From positions 68,758,001-68,822,000 of the forward strand of contig NC_058384.1 of NCBI RefSeq assembly GCF_018350175.1: a stretch of 64,000 nucleotides of DNA, read 5' to 3'. Source of the stretch: Felis catus (taxonomy: Eukaryota). Below are positions 12,000 through 24,200 of the stretch, in pieces. The notes below the pieces were generated by a model. The model saw nothing but the letters and a program-made list of their open reading frames with translations, ran no database searches and had not been told where the DNA came from. The position numbers were made by a program, and so were the translations under genes. Numbering within the stretch: the first letter of the stretch is position 1; each line of letters opens with the position of its first letter.

Positions 12000-12990
12000 G
12001 AGAGAGCGGGACCAGGGTGAGGGCGCCCTCCCCCCAGCTCCTGGGTTCCCCGCTCCTCCTTCCACCCTCTCCCTGCCTCACCTGCCCCCGGGGATCTCGC
12101 CTCCGGCGGCCTGACGTCTGGCCCAGATGAACGGCCCACCTCAGTGCTACCTGTTCCCAGAGGCCCAGCCCGCCGGCCGCCCGAAAGGCCACCACCGCGC
12201 TTCTTTCCTCCAGGATCTCGCATCCTGGACCAGCCCAGCCAAGCCCCGCCCCCGGCCTGACCCCGGACACTGCAGAGTGGCTGGCGCCTGGCCAGGGGCC
12301 ACGGCGGGCCCGCGTCTTCGAGCTGGGGGCCGGGAGGCTAGGCGTCCGCAAACCCGCCTTGAGCAAGACACAGACGGCCTCGCCCTTCGGGCCTCAGTTT
12401 CTGCTAGCGACAGCGAGTCTTCCTGAGGGTTTGGACGGGCTCCTCAGGGAAGGACGGCGATGGCTGTGACCGGAGCACGCCAAGTGCCAGCTCTCCGGCC
12501 GTGAGTTGCGTAAGACGAGAGCCCGGCAGGGTGAAGACCAGACACTGCGGGAGGGCCGCAACCCGACGGCCCGAGTCTCGCCAAGGGTTCCCCTCCCCCG
12601 CTCCGAGGCGCTCTTTCCACTCTGGACTCTGATGGGACGCCAGAGGTTTGAAGGGCAGGGTATCGAGCCAATGGGAGCGCCGACTCGAGGCAGGCTGCTC
12701 CCCGGGTGGCCAGAGGGCTGCCGAGGGGGCGGGGCACCGCGGAGGCGGGAGGGAGGCCGCGGGCCCGGCGCCGGGGCCGGGAAGCAGGGCGGTTCCGGGG
12801 CCGCGGCGGGAGCGGCTGCCTGGCTCCCGGGCCCAGGTTCCGAGCCGGACGACGGGGAACGACCTGTTGGCCCAAGTAGGAGCTCTGAGCGCGCGGAGAG
12901 TGGCGCAAATCCCGTCTGCGCGCCGGGCTGCTGAAAAAGAACAGCGGCTGCACACGCATACTCGTTGGACTGTGGGCCAACGGAGGGTAT
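12000..12990. promoter_or_regulatory. CREB3L4: CpG-island promoter / non-coding first exon of CREB3L4 (possibly bidirectional)
   Basis: CpG-rich with GC boxes and CCAAT at ~12668. The acceptor immediately before the CREB3L4 ATG (exon starts 11994) implies an upstream non-coding exon here. Confidence 0.7.
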
Positions 12991-13876
12991 GATTACCAAC
13001 AGCATTCGTATAGTTTACAAAATGTTTTCATAAACGCTGTTCTCGCATTTAATCCACAACAGCCCCGAAGGAGACAGGGCAGGTAACCTTTCCCTAACTT
13101 CACCGACGAAGAGACAGAGATCCATGATTGCAACGTAGCAATACCGAAGCTCAGGATTGTTGGCCTCGTGACTGAAGGGCCAGGAATTCATTTCAAATTT
13201 AGCAATGGAGCTACAATGGAGCTACAGCCATGATTTTTGTCTGGCTGCATCCCCAGTAGTGCTTCGGAAAGAGGGTAGCTCCCTGAGAAAAGCAGGACAG
13301 TTTGGGGTGTGGATCCAGATCTCGAACTGATATTTCTCATGAAAATTGGAATGTGCTGAGGGCAAAAACAGGAGCAGGATCCATAGTTATCGAGTACCTA
13401 TTAGACGGTCAGGCGTTTTCATATCACTCATAATTCTCATAGCAAGTCATAGCTGGAAGAGAGAAGTTACTTTCTCGAGGTTACTCTGTAAGTAGGACCA
13501 AGGTTTGGACGCCTGAACCCATGTTCTTTGTGCTCACTTGTTTGCACTTTCTCAGATTTCCTGCTCATCTTCCTGCATCCTGCTCAAGTCGTCAGGAGAA
13601 AAAGCAGGCTTCCTGGACTGATGCAGAGCTCTAAGGAGAGCAGAGCTTCCCCTGCCTGGATCTTTCCTAGAGCAAGGAAGGTTTCAAAGGGCTTCCTACA
13701 GGTTGCATGTGGAGAGATGATTAAGTGGAGAATATAGTCAGCTTTCATTAATGTCAGAGCTGGGAAGAACCTCGGGCATCGTCGGCGAGTCTAATTTCCC
13801 TCTTTCACCTACTTTATCGTGTTCCTGAGACGAAAAATGACTTGCTTAAGATCATCACACATCAAATTAAAGTAAA

Positions 13877-14364
13877 GGGGCACCTGGTTGGTTCAGTCAA
13901 TGGAGCCTGAGACTCTTGACCTCAGAGTTGTGAGTTCAAGCTCCACTTTGGATGTACGGCTTACTTTAAAAAGAAAAAACAGAGGCGCCTGGGTGGCTCA
14001 GTCGGTTGAGCCTCGGACTTGGCTCAGGTCGTGATCTCCCGGTTTGAGAGTTTGAGCCCCGCCCTGAGTCGGGCTCTGTGCTGACAGCTCAGAGCCTGGA
14101 GCCTGCTTTGGATTCTGTGTCTCCCTCTGCTCCTCCCCCACTCATGCTCTGTCTCTCTCTCTCTCGTGCTCTCTCAAAAATAAATAAACATTGGGGCACC
14201 TGGGTGGCAGTCAGTTGGGCAACCAACTTCACTCAGGTCATGATCTCACAGATGGTGAGTTCGAGCCCCACATTGGGCTCTGTGCTGACAGCTCAGAGCC
14301 CGGAGCCTGCTTCGGATTCTGTGTCTCCCTCTCTCTCTGCCCCTGCCCCACTCACGTTCTCTCT

Positions 14365-14396
<32 letters not shown>

Positions 14397-14679
14397 CTTC
14401 AAGAGTAAATAAACATTAAAAAATTTTTTAAACATTAAAAAAAAGAAAAATAAACAAACATAAAAAAAGGAAAAACTTTTTTTTAAGTTGATTTATTTTT
14501 GAGAGAGGGCAAGTTGGGGAGGGGCAGAGAAAGAGGGAGGGAGAGAGAGAATCCTAAGCAGGCCCTGGCACTGTTAGCACAGAGCCTAAGGAGGGGCTCC
14601 ATCTCAGGACCGTGAAATCATGACCTGAGCCAAGATCAAGAGTCAGATAGTCAACTGACTGAGCCCCCCCAGGTGCCCC
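13877..14679. mobile_element. Cluster of four Can-SINEs (+13877-13980, +13984-14190, +14192-14430, -14478-14679)
   Basis: GGGGCACCTGG(G/T)TGG heads, (CT)n bodies and AATAAA/polyA tails. Confidence 0.9.
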
Positions 14680-14680
14680 T

Positions 14681-15165
14681 AAAAGTGGTTTTACTAAAGC
14701 ACACAGACAGGACCCATGGGCAGAAAGAGCTGCACTGGGGTTGTGATGGGTGACTGTGACTGATTATATACCTTCAGGTTGGGAGGGGGTTAGGGTCAAA
14801 GTGAGTCTCAGGAATTTTGCAAGCAAGGTTCCCAGGACCTTGAAGCCTAGCTGTTGTTAGGAAAAGGTCGTTTATTACCATTTGGCCAGTCACGAGCCCC
14901 TTCAGTGTGTATCAGTGGGCCATATGCTTAAAGGATGATTGTTAACAGGTATCTTGGGGGGTAGAGGTAAAGTAAGTTTCCAAAGGAGTTTTTGTATGTT
15001 AAAGTAGACTTACAGGATCCTGGGGGTGGGGATAATGTTAAGCTAAGGTTGCCTTTTGCCCTGAGCAGTGTCATCATTGAGGCAGCTGAATTCCTAGAGG
15101 AAGGTCGTTTGTCAGTGGGTTGTAGGCAGAAAGAGAATTTAATTTTTGTGTGTGTGTTTCCTACA
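14681..15165 (-). mobile_element. LTR-like (ERV solo LTR) fragment
   Basis: Minus strand begins TGTAGGAAA; the sequence resembles carnivore ERV LTRs as recalled. The other end and TSD were not resolved. Confidence 0.4.
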
Positions 15166-15520
15166 TCACTTTGTATCCTACCCTCCCATGAGGTTAGAAG
15201 AGCATTCTGATAGCACAGGGGTTGTGGGCCAAGAGGATCCAGGCTAAGTAAACAATGAGGGTTCTAAGTTGAAAATAACTCTGGTGCATTCAAGAAACAG
15301 AAGGGAGGCCAGTAGGGCTGGGGGCAGAGGAGTTCAAGGTGAGTTCAGGAAGAAGCCAACCAGATGCCTTGAGGCAGGAAAGCAGCTCTCCCCCTCCCAT
15401 CCCTGAGCTGGGGCCCACCAGGTCTCTACTTGCACAGGGCAGCCAGAAGGCTGCACGAAAGTCAAGAATAGGCCACGGATAGTCAAGAAGGGATTCCTTT
15501 CAAGAAATGCCCCCCTTTTG

Positions 15521-15745
15521 GAGGCACCTGGGTGGCTCAGTCAGTTAGGAGTCTGACTCTTGGCGACTCTTGGTTTCCGCTCAGATCTCACGGCTGGCGA
15601 GTTTGAGCCTGCGTTGAGCCCCACATCAGGCTCCACTGACAGCACAGAGCCTGCTTGAGATTCACGCTCTCTCCCTCCCTCTCTGCTCCTCCCCTGCTCA
15701 CACACTCGCTCAAAAATAAATAAACTTGAAAAAAACAAAAAGAAA
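15521..15745 (+). mobile_element. Can-SINE
   Basis: GGCACCTGGGTGGCTCAGTCAGTT head, CT-rich body, AATAAATAAA/A-rich tail. Confidence 0.88.
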
Positions 15746-15939
15746 GAAATGTCCTTTCTTTGCTATTTCCCTTTTCCAATTCTGCCTCATCTTTCTCCTT
15801 TGTCGTGGGTGCACACGAAAGGAGTCGAGTAAGGAAGTCGGTCCAGGGACGGGAACGTTTTCCCTCGGGCGCCGAGGCCTACAGAAGGGTCTTAGAGCCT
15901 CCCAGGGGAGAGCACAGATTGTGCCCGAGACCAGGAAGA

Positions 15940-16244
15940 AGACCTCAGAGTCGCGGGGGTGGGCCCAGGCTCCAGGCTCCAGCCTCGCCCGCGGGCGTCC
16001 CAGCTTCCGGCCGACCGGGCCCGTCCCACCGCCCCGGGGCGCCCCAGGCCCGCGGCCCCTGGGCGCGCCCGCTCGCCGCCCCGCCCCGCTCCGCCCCCAC
16101 CGGCCCCTGATTGCTGCTGGGGCACGTCACTCCGGGTCGGACCCCGCCCCCCGAGTGCTCCCATTGGTCGGGGGCGGGTCGCGGCGGGCGGGGCCCGGGT
16201 CGCGGCGGAACCGGGCCGATGAGGCCGAGGGGGACCCTGGCGAG
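15940..16244 (+). promoter_or_regulatory. SLC39A1: SLC39A1 CpG-island promoter and non-coding exon 1 (donor GAG|GTGAGT at 16245)
   Basis: Multiple GC boxes, inverted CCAAT (CCATTGG 16161-16167), strong donor, and a matching acceptor at 16789 before the ATG exon. Confidence 0.75.
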
Positions 16245-16821
16245 GTGAGTGTGCGCCTCGGGCCGTGCGGGCTGGGCCGCCTGGGCGCCCGCCGCGACCC
16301 CTTCCACGCCCGGGCCCCGACGGTGGCCGTCTGCCCGCCGCTGCCCGCTTCGGGCGCGGCGCTGGGGGAACGAGAACGGGGAGTGACCCGGCCCCAAACA
16401 CCCTGCTCAGGTGGCCCACGGAGCTGCCCGCGACACCTCTGCGCAGCCCGACCCCCTTCGCTCCGGCCACTCCTTCCTGCAGGGGGCGCATCCTGCCCTT
16501 TCCCGAGAGGACCCAGGCTCCTTGGCTGTCTGGGAGCTCCTGGTGAAAGGGTAATGAGCCGCCCACAAGCCCCCCCGCCTCAGTTTCCCTCTCGCGGGGT
16601 CCCTGAACGAGCCACTTGGAGGGGTGAAGTCTGCGGGGAAAGAGGACCGTTCCCGCCACAGGAGCGCATGAGTCGCACTGAGTGGGGAAGGTCGGAAGGT
16701 GGCAGGGTGAGGGAGCTCCGCTCTGCTGACCAGCTCTCCCCTTTGCCCCCCTTTAAGTGACCATCGCCCCCTTTGCTCTGTCTGCCTAGGTCTGACAGTC
16801 GTTGGAGCAGCCACAGCCACC

Positions 16822-19051
16822 ATGGGGCCCTGGGGAGAGCCAGAGCTCCTGGTGTGGCGTCCGGAGGCGGTGGCCTCGCAGCCCCCAGGGCCCGTGGGGC
16901 TGGAGGTGAAAATGGGGGCCCTCGTGTTGCTGCTGGTGCTCACGCTTCTCTGCAGCCTGGTGCCCATCTGCGTGCTGCGCCGTCCGGGGGCTGGCCCCGA
17001 AGCCTCAGGTGAGGCCGCCTCCCTGCCGCCGCCCAGGCTGAGGGTAGGGGAAGGCCCTGGGGCTGAGGAGGGTGACCTAAAGGGGGAAAGTGGCAGTGAC
17101 TATTGCTTGGGTTGGGGCAGGGGGGCTTGAGGGGGTTCGTCGCTCAGTCCTGTCTGTGCTCCACTCCTGCCCAGCCTCCCGCCAAAAAGCCTTGAGCCTC
17201 GTAAGCTGCTTCGCAGGAGGTGTCTTTCTGGCCACCTGTCTCCTGGACCTCCTGCCTGACTACCTGGCTGCCATAGATGAGGCCCTGGCGGCCCTGCACG
17301 TGACGGTGAGCCCTTGCTGGCTGCATGTGACCATTCGTGTGTGGGTGTGTTCAATCACATACCTGGAGGAGAGGTAGCTTGTGCGGCTGTCTTCCTGGGG
17401 TGCCCCACGACCGTGTGGAAGGCGTTTAGCACGTGGCCATAAGAACTGGGGTTTTCAGTTATGGGGCATAAATTTTCTGTGGTGCACGCCACCCCATCCC
17501 CATGTGACTGTTCTGCACCCTTTGACAGTGAGACGAACCTTCTTACTAGGCATGTGATCTGCTCTGTGAGTTCCTGGGTCCCACCTTCCAAGAATGACCC
17601 TCACTCTCACACCCCTTTCCTGAAGGCTGTGATAGAGGGCCTGGGAAGGGAAGGAGGCCTGGAGTTCCCGACCAGAAAGGCCATAGTTCAAAGAAGTAGG
17701 ACGTGAGGAAGGTCAAGTGTGAGGTGTAGGGAAGTCTCGCAGGAAAAAGAGCTGTGTGGAGGTGCCAGGAAGGCCCCCTGGGCTCTTCCTCTTCCTACAA
17801 CTGAGGACTGAGGAAGTAACACTGATGTACCTGCTGTGACTGAGTGGCGTGTGGCCCTGTGTGACTATGTGTAAGTCTCACTGGCCCCATGATAGTGTGT
17901 GGCTCTGTGTGTGAGCACACGGTGAGGTGGGCGACACCTGATCCCTGTGTGCGTGCACGCGCCTCCGTGTCTGTCACCAGGCCGTCCGCATCCATGACTC
18001 TCAGTTGGGGGTGGTTTTGCACCCCCTCCGCAGGAAACATTTGGCAGTGTCTGGAGACACTACCATTGGGTTGTCAGCTCTGGAAAGGAGGGCTTTGTGC
18101 TTGTTCTTGGCATTTAATGGGTACCGGCTCGGGTACAGGACAGTCCCCCAAAATAAGGCTCATCCAATCCGAGATTTCAATAGTGCTGAAGCTGAGCCAC
18201 ACGTAGTGCTGTGAGGGACGCCATAATCCGTGTGATTGTGTATCACTCTGTGTCTGCGTCACCAAATGACTATCTTTGTGTAAATGTGTCTGTGAGGGGC
18301 CCTGGGTCTGTAACTGGGACCCCTCTACACCCTGACCGTGAACCCTCTGCCCCATCCCGGCCTGTGCCCTGAGCTCCCTGCCACCCTCTCTCCACAGCTC
18401 CAGTTCCCCCTACAAGAGTTCATCCTGGCGATGGGCTTCTTCCTGGTCCTGGTGATGGAGCAGATCACACTGGCTTACAAGGAGCAGTCAGGGCCGCCGC
18501 CTCGAGAGGAGACGAGGGCCCTGCTGGGAACAAATGGTGGGCCGCAGCACTGGCACGACGGGCCAGGGCTCCCACAAGCGGGTGGAGCCCCAGCGGCCCC
18601 CTCGGCCCTGCGTGCCTGTGTCCTGGTCTTTTCCCTGGCCCTGCACTCCGTGTTCGAGGGGCTGGCGGTGGGGCTGCAGCGAGACCGGGCGCGGGCCATG
18701 GAGCTGTGCCTGGCTCTGCTGCTCCACAAGGGCGTCCTGGCCGTGAGCTTGTCCCTGCGGCTGCTGCAGAGCCGTTTGCGGGCGCAGGTGGTAGCTGGCT
18801 GTGGGATCCTCTTTGCATGCATGACACCTCTGGGCATTGGGCTGGGTGCAGCCCTGGCAGAGTCGGCTGGGCCACTGCACCAGCTGGCCCAGTCTGTGCT
18901 GGAGGGCATGGCAGCTGGCACCTTTCTCTATATCACCTTCCTGGAAATTCTGCCCCAGGAGCTGGCCACTTCTGAACAGAGGATCCTCAAGGTCATTCTG
19001 CTCCTCGCAGGCTTTGCCCTGCTAACTGGCCTGCTCTTCATCCAAGTCTAG
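16822..19051 (+). CDS. SLC39A1: Zinc transporter ZIP1 (323 aa)
   Basis: Exons 16822-17008, 17175-17305, 18398-19051(TAG) sum to 972 nt. Perfect Kozak GCCACCATGG; MGPWGEPELLVWRPE start; ZIP signature HSVFEGLAVG and LLLHKG. Confidence 0.97.
17992..18203 (+). mobile_element. MER20-like hAT-Charlie DNA transposon fossil in SLC39A1 intron
   Basis: Contains GAAACATTTGGCAGTGTCTGGAGACA..CAGGACAGTCCCC..TCAATAGTGCTGAAGCTGAG, matching the MER20 consensus as recalled. Confidence 0.7.
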
Positions 19052-20000
19052 GGGGCTCCAGGTGCCCTAGACCTTCCTTTCCTCTCCCAGAGTATGAGAA
19101 TAAGGAGTGGGGAAGGGAGGTACCGAGGATCAAGGGGTTCTCAGAGATAGGGATGGAGTCTTTGGAACTATCTGACCCATGAGAGGGATGTGGTAGACAA
19201 GAGCCTGGCCCTAAGGGACAAGAGATAGTTAAGTCACTAAAGACATGATTGAAGGACGTTCATATTGGGGAAGACACTGAATGCTAGAATCTGGGGTCAG
19301 ACACTACATACAGGGACAAGCTGACACTGGGAAGGCTGGAGGCAGGTGCCCAGCTGCTGTGGGGTAGAGGTGTAGAGAAGGCACAGCCCAGGGTCGGCTG
19401 TCCTGCTGGTTCTAGCCCATTTCAGCCCTCTGTCACTTGGGGGTGGAGTGGACCCCTACTTTTCTTAGCTCCTACTCTCTTCTTAGTCTCCTGCTTCCCT
19501 TCTCCCAGGGGACTAGTGCCAAACGGCCTCTTCCTGCCAGTTTTGGTACCTTCTCTGGCTTCTCTAGTCCTGCTCACTTCTCTATTTTTAAAGTGCCAAA
19601 TAAATCTCTTCCCTCTTTCTCAAAAAGCACAGTGATGGCACTGAACCGTGCCCAACGCTTCAGCGGAGGGGCCCTGCTTGCCCTTTATTTGGGGGCAGAA
19701 ATGTTTGCTGAGTTAGGGCTGGGAGAGGGTTGCCAGAGCCACGGCCGCCACCACCACCACTACACCCTAGGAATATTGAACATGGACATGGTACCCCATG
19801 CCCAGATGATAAAAACTGAACTGCCAAAACTTTCTTTTTTCTTTCTTTTTTTTTTTTTTTCTATACCAGAGGAGCCCAAGGGGGAAGGGGAAGGCTCACC
19901 CTCAGCGTTATTTTTTTTTTGGGGGGGGGAGGGCTGTGGACAGAGTCATATTCTCTAGAATCTATTTTACTAACTGACCTGTTTTGGGACTTGTTACCCA

Positions 20001-20006
20001 AATAAA
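20001..20006 (+). terminator. SLC39A1: SLC39A1 distal polyA signal AATAAA (proximal candidate at 19599-19604)
   Basis: AATAAA followed by U/GU-rich sequence at the end of a ~1 kb 3'UTR. Confidence 0.7.
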
Positions 20007-20239
20007 AGATGTTTCTATATATTTGTACAGTATCTGATTCATTTGTCTTGGGGAAGGGGTGGGCACGTGGCCAGTCTGAGAGGGCTTGAGTCCCAGATGT
20101 TTACAGGGACATTACCCTGCTCTCCCGATTCTCATTCGGGCCTGAAGACCCAAATTTTTCTCCTTTTGTCTCTTCCTTCTTCCCGCCCTGTCTCCACCCC
20201 TTCCCTTCCTCCCCTTCCCCTTCCTCCCCTGCATCCCGC

Positions 20240-20498
20240 TCCCCTTCGCGTTCGGATCCTCGGGACAACTTTAGAACTACTCTTCCCAGCCTGCCCCGTG
20301 CGGGGAGGAGCCCAGGGAGGAGGAGTCAAGTTCCCAGGCCCCGGAGCCACAAGGCTGCTGGGAAATGGGGTCCGCTTCCTGTCCGCGCCGCTCGCCCGAG
20401 GCCGCGCAAGGGTCACGTAAACAAACTACAGTTCCCGGCGGCCCCCGCGCGGCAGGTCCGGGCTAGGCTGGGGCCGGGTTCGCGGTGCTCGCCGAGGC

Positions 20499-20529
<31 letters not shown>

Positions 20530-21200
20530 GCGGCTGCGGCTGGAGGCGCGGGCCGGGGCCCGCGGCGGGGCCGGGGCTGGTCCGGGAGGGTGGCGGGGAG
20601 GGACGCGCGGGGAAGATGGCGACGGCGGGAGCGAACGGGCCCGGCTCGGCCACGGCCGCAGCTTCCAATCCGCGCAAGTTTAGTGAGAAGATCGCGCTGC
20701 AGAAGCAGCGTCAGGCCGAAGAGACGGCGGCCTTCGAGGAGGTGATGATGGACATCGGCTCCACCCGGGTGAGGGGCCGCCCGGGCAGCGGGAGCGGAAC
20801 GAGCAGCCGCGGAGCGGGGAGCCGGGAGGCGGGGCGGGGGCGGGCGCCAGCGCGAGGGAGGCGGAGCGGGGCCGCCGCCGTCCGGGAGGCGCGGGCGGAG
20901 GGCCGAGGGGCCGGAAGACGGGCTTGCGGGGGAGGCCGGGGCTCGCGGGAGCCTGGGGTTGGGGAGCGCGCGGGGGCCGCGTGCAGAGAGCGCATCCCCG
21001 ATTGAGTCCCCGGGGACGCTGCTGCCAGCATCCCCGAGGCGGGGCCGGGCCGGGGGCATGGTCCGCCGGGCCCAGCCTGGCGCCTCCGAGTTGGTGATGT
21101 CCTCCAGTCGGTTCCCTCTGCCCAGTTGTGCCGCTCTCGGCACTTTCGAACCTCCGGGAAAGGGCCCCTTGAGTGGTTTGAGTCGCAGCGCCGGGTCTAG
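20240..21200 (+). promoter_or_regulatory. CRTC2: CRTC2 CpG-island promoter with ZNF143/SBS-type ACTACAGTTCCC motif (20425-20436)
   Basis: CpG-dense; ACTACAnnTCCC motif, a second similar motif AACTACTCTTCCCAG at ~20275, and forkhead-like GTAAACA at 20417. Confidence 0.7.
20496..20540 (+). repeat. (GGC)8 AGC (GGC)4 TGC GGC trinucleotide repeat in CRTC2 5'UTR
   Basis: Read directly from the sequence. Confidence 0.92.
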
Positions 21201-24200
21201 TGGGGCAGGAAGTCCCCTCCTGCGTCCCTTCCCTTTGCTTCCTTTTTCAAATATTTCTTGTGGTTTCCTGACGTGAATGTAGGTGAGGACCATTGCGCAC
21301 AGACTGTGCTTGATGTTTTGCTCTGGCCGCCGTGGAGGGGAGGTGGAGACTTTGAGGCTCCAGAGCGGGTAACCAGTTGGCTATAGGTCAGGTTTGCTGA
21401 GCTTTCTAGGAAGATGACTGCTTAATGGGTCGGTTATGAGGTGTCTGGCAGGGTCTTCTATGTTTGGGAATATTCTTTTCTAAGTAGTTCCAGAAAGAGA
21501 GCATCCTGGCCGAGTTGCCTTTGAAGCCCCTCTGGCCTTGGCTTCTTGCTTCCCAGGGCTGGATGTCAGAGGGAGTGAGGGTGGGAGTTGGCCCAGCTGG
21601 GAAGCAGCCCTTGTTTAGGGACACGTTAGTCTCCAAACAGCAGGTGAGCGTGTTGCACTGATCCCTCGTGGCAGGGAGCTGGAAGGAACCTCAGGGGACA
21701 TAGCGGAACATAAATACCATATTTGAAAGCTCTTTCTGCTGGGCTGACTGTGGTCGTGTCTGTGACCATGACTCTGGTTGTACGCTTGCGTGTGTCCAAC
21801 CCTAAACTGTTAGTCTTTCTTGTGTTTTTTTTCCTCTGAGTTTCCAGAGACCGTGTGTTCTAGTTTGTGGGGGGTCAGAGCAGAGAGAGTTAGGTGGGGA
21901 GGCAAATCGCGTGTGCCTGTGCACACACACCCCTCCAAGTGCCATGAGGTTCCTGATCTAACTTTGGACTGCTCTCCTTTAGGAGGCAAGAAGGTGGGCG
22001 AGAGGCACCGCTTGAGATGCTGCCCTCTGTCTGGACTGTGACTCCAGCACAGGTGTGGGGGGACTTGAGCATCTGTGTGTGCAAACAGAAAGGCCGTGAG
22101 AAGTTCAAAGCTGAGATTTCTGTCTTTGTAGTGCTTTGGTTTGTCAGAACGCCGCCTCCACCCACCCAGCCCCTGGGCTGCGCATACATGTCTAGTGGGC
22201 ATACCAGGCCAGGGCTTGGGGACCCAAGAACCAAAAGCCAAAGATAAGACATCTGGGGCTTAGCTGGTTATCTGGCCAGCAGAGAGGGCTCCTCAGAGGC
22301 AGACACAGCTACAGGGGCCTATGCTACTGAGAGGCTGGGTTATCACACACAATAATAGCAATTCGAGCGGCCCAAACGTTCACATCGTGTCCGCTAAGCT
22401 CAGTGGGCCGACCTCTTGGAGCAGAAAGTCACTTTTGACGTTGGCCTGTGCACAACAGTACGTGACCCCCGGAAGCTCACCAGTCGCCCTGGGCCCGGGT
22501 TTTGGTTAGCAGCAGTGTCTGAGTCTCAGAAGTCGACGCTCACCTCTCTCAGACGGGCTTGAGACGTGTAGACAGGCAAACACCACGCCAGCCCGAGGCT
22601 TGTACCTCCAGGTGCGTCTCCGCAGGGTGGGGGTCAGGTCAGGGAGACGGCTCTGGCCCGGGCTGAACTGGGGCATTCCTCACCCCCATTCTCAAGGTTC
22701 CCCTGGCAATCCAGAGCCTTTAGAACTAGTCAGAAGGGGGCACCTGGCCGGCTCAGCTGTGGAGCGTGCGACTCTTGATTTCAGGGTTGTGAGTCTGAGC
22801 CCCCGCATTGGGTGTAGAGACTACTTTAAAATCTTGGGGTGGGGGGAGAACTTAAACAGAGGATGGCTTCTTGGTTTGGGCACTGTTTTTCCAGCTCGGA
22901 GAGCCATCATTCCCCGGATATTCTAGTTCTGGTGGTGCAGGCTGTCTGTGTGGCTTTCCTGAGCCTAGAAGCCTGTGCCCTCCGGAGTGGGATGGGGACA
23001 GGCCGGCGATAATGGCTCCGTGGCATCCACCGTGGCCGGCCCCTCACGTGCCAATTAGTCCTAGACGCATCTGGAGGGGAAAGTGGAGGTGCCTCATAGG
23101 CCCCCTTCCCCGGAGTCAATCCACGTGACTAGCCTGGGGGCTCCTGGCAACCCCTCAGGGACTCTGTTTAGACCGCGGCCAGCTGGGACGGGCCGCAAGC
23201 AGAATGGCAGGCCCCGCCTGGCAGGGGGATGCCCGCCGTCGGTGGTGGTGACGAGAGTGGCCTGCAGAAGAGCCAGGGCAGTTTCTGCACCAGGTCTCAG
23301 CGGACCTGTCCCCCAGCACGGCCCTCCGGGGCCCTCCGGGGTGCGCTGGCAGTGGTGGCACACAGGTGGCAAGGGTGGCCCACAGGGACAGCGGTCAGGG
23401 TCCTCCCTGACATTGCCATCTGTCCTCCGTGTCTCAGTTACAGGCCCAAAAATTGCGACTGGCGTACACGAGGAGCTCCCATTACGGCGGGTCTCTGCCC
23501 AACGTTAACCAGATAGGCTGCGGCCTGGCCGAGTTCCAGGTGAGTGGGCGCCAGCCCTGGGGGGTGGGGGGGGAGGGCACGGGTGCCCGGGCAGCTGCCC
23601 CTTTGACTTATCTGTGTGTTTTGGCAGAGCCCCCTCCACTCGCCTCTGGATTCGTCTCGGAGCACTCGGCACCACGGGCTGGTAGAGCGGGTGCAGCGAG
23701 ACCCCCGAAGGATGGTGTCCCCGCTGCGCCGTCACCCCCGCCACATATCCTTCCCGGAGGGCGGTGGGGCGGGGTTCCCGGAGAACTCGTGGTGGGAAGG
23801 GACTGGGGTCCTCTCCGGGCCTCCCAGAAAGGCCGCCCCCGGCCCACGCGTCAGCGCCGGCTCCCGCGGCGGTGAGCCCACCCCCCCCCCCCCCCAACCG
23901 GGCCGTGCCTCTGTCTCTGGCCGGCACAGTCTTCGGCCTGCTCTTTGCCGCCAGAGGCAGGACACGTGTCTCCTGCCGGAGGGGGGTTTGGGTCCCTCTG
24001 CACTTTTTTTTCCTCGCCTTTCTGTTTCTGGCTTTCGGTCTTAGAGGCTTTTGTAGACCCGTTTCCCGCGCCCTGTCTGCTTGTTCTCCTTCATTTTTCC
24101 AACTCTCCCGGGCCTGGTTCTGTTCTCTCTTCCTTTCTTTGGCCCTGCTGTTGCCCCTTGCAGAAGAGGAGGGGGTGCTTGTTTCTGGAACCGGCCTCCT

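Noticed and set aside
15726-16760. 344-aa ORF upstream of SLC39A1
   Set aside because: Starts at a non-ATG codon in a SINE tail and runs through the CpG-island promoter; artefact.
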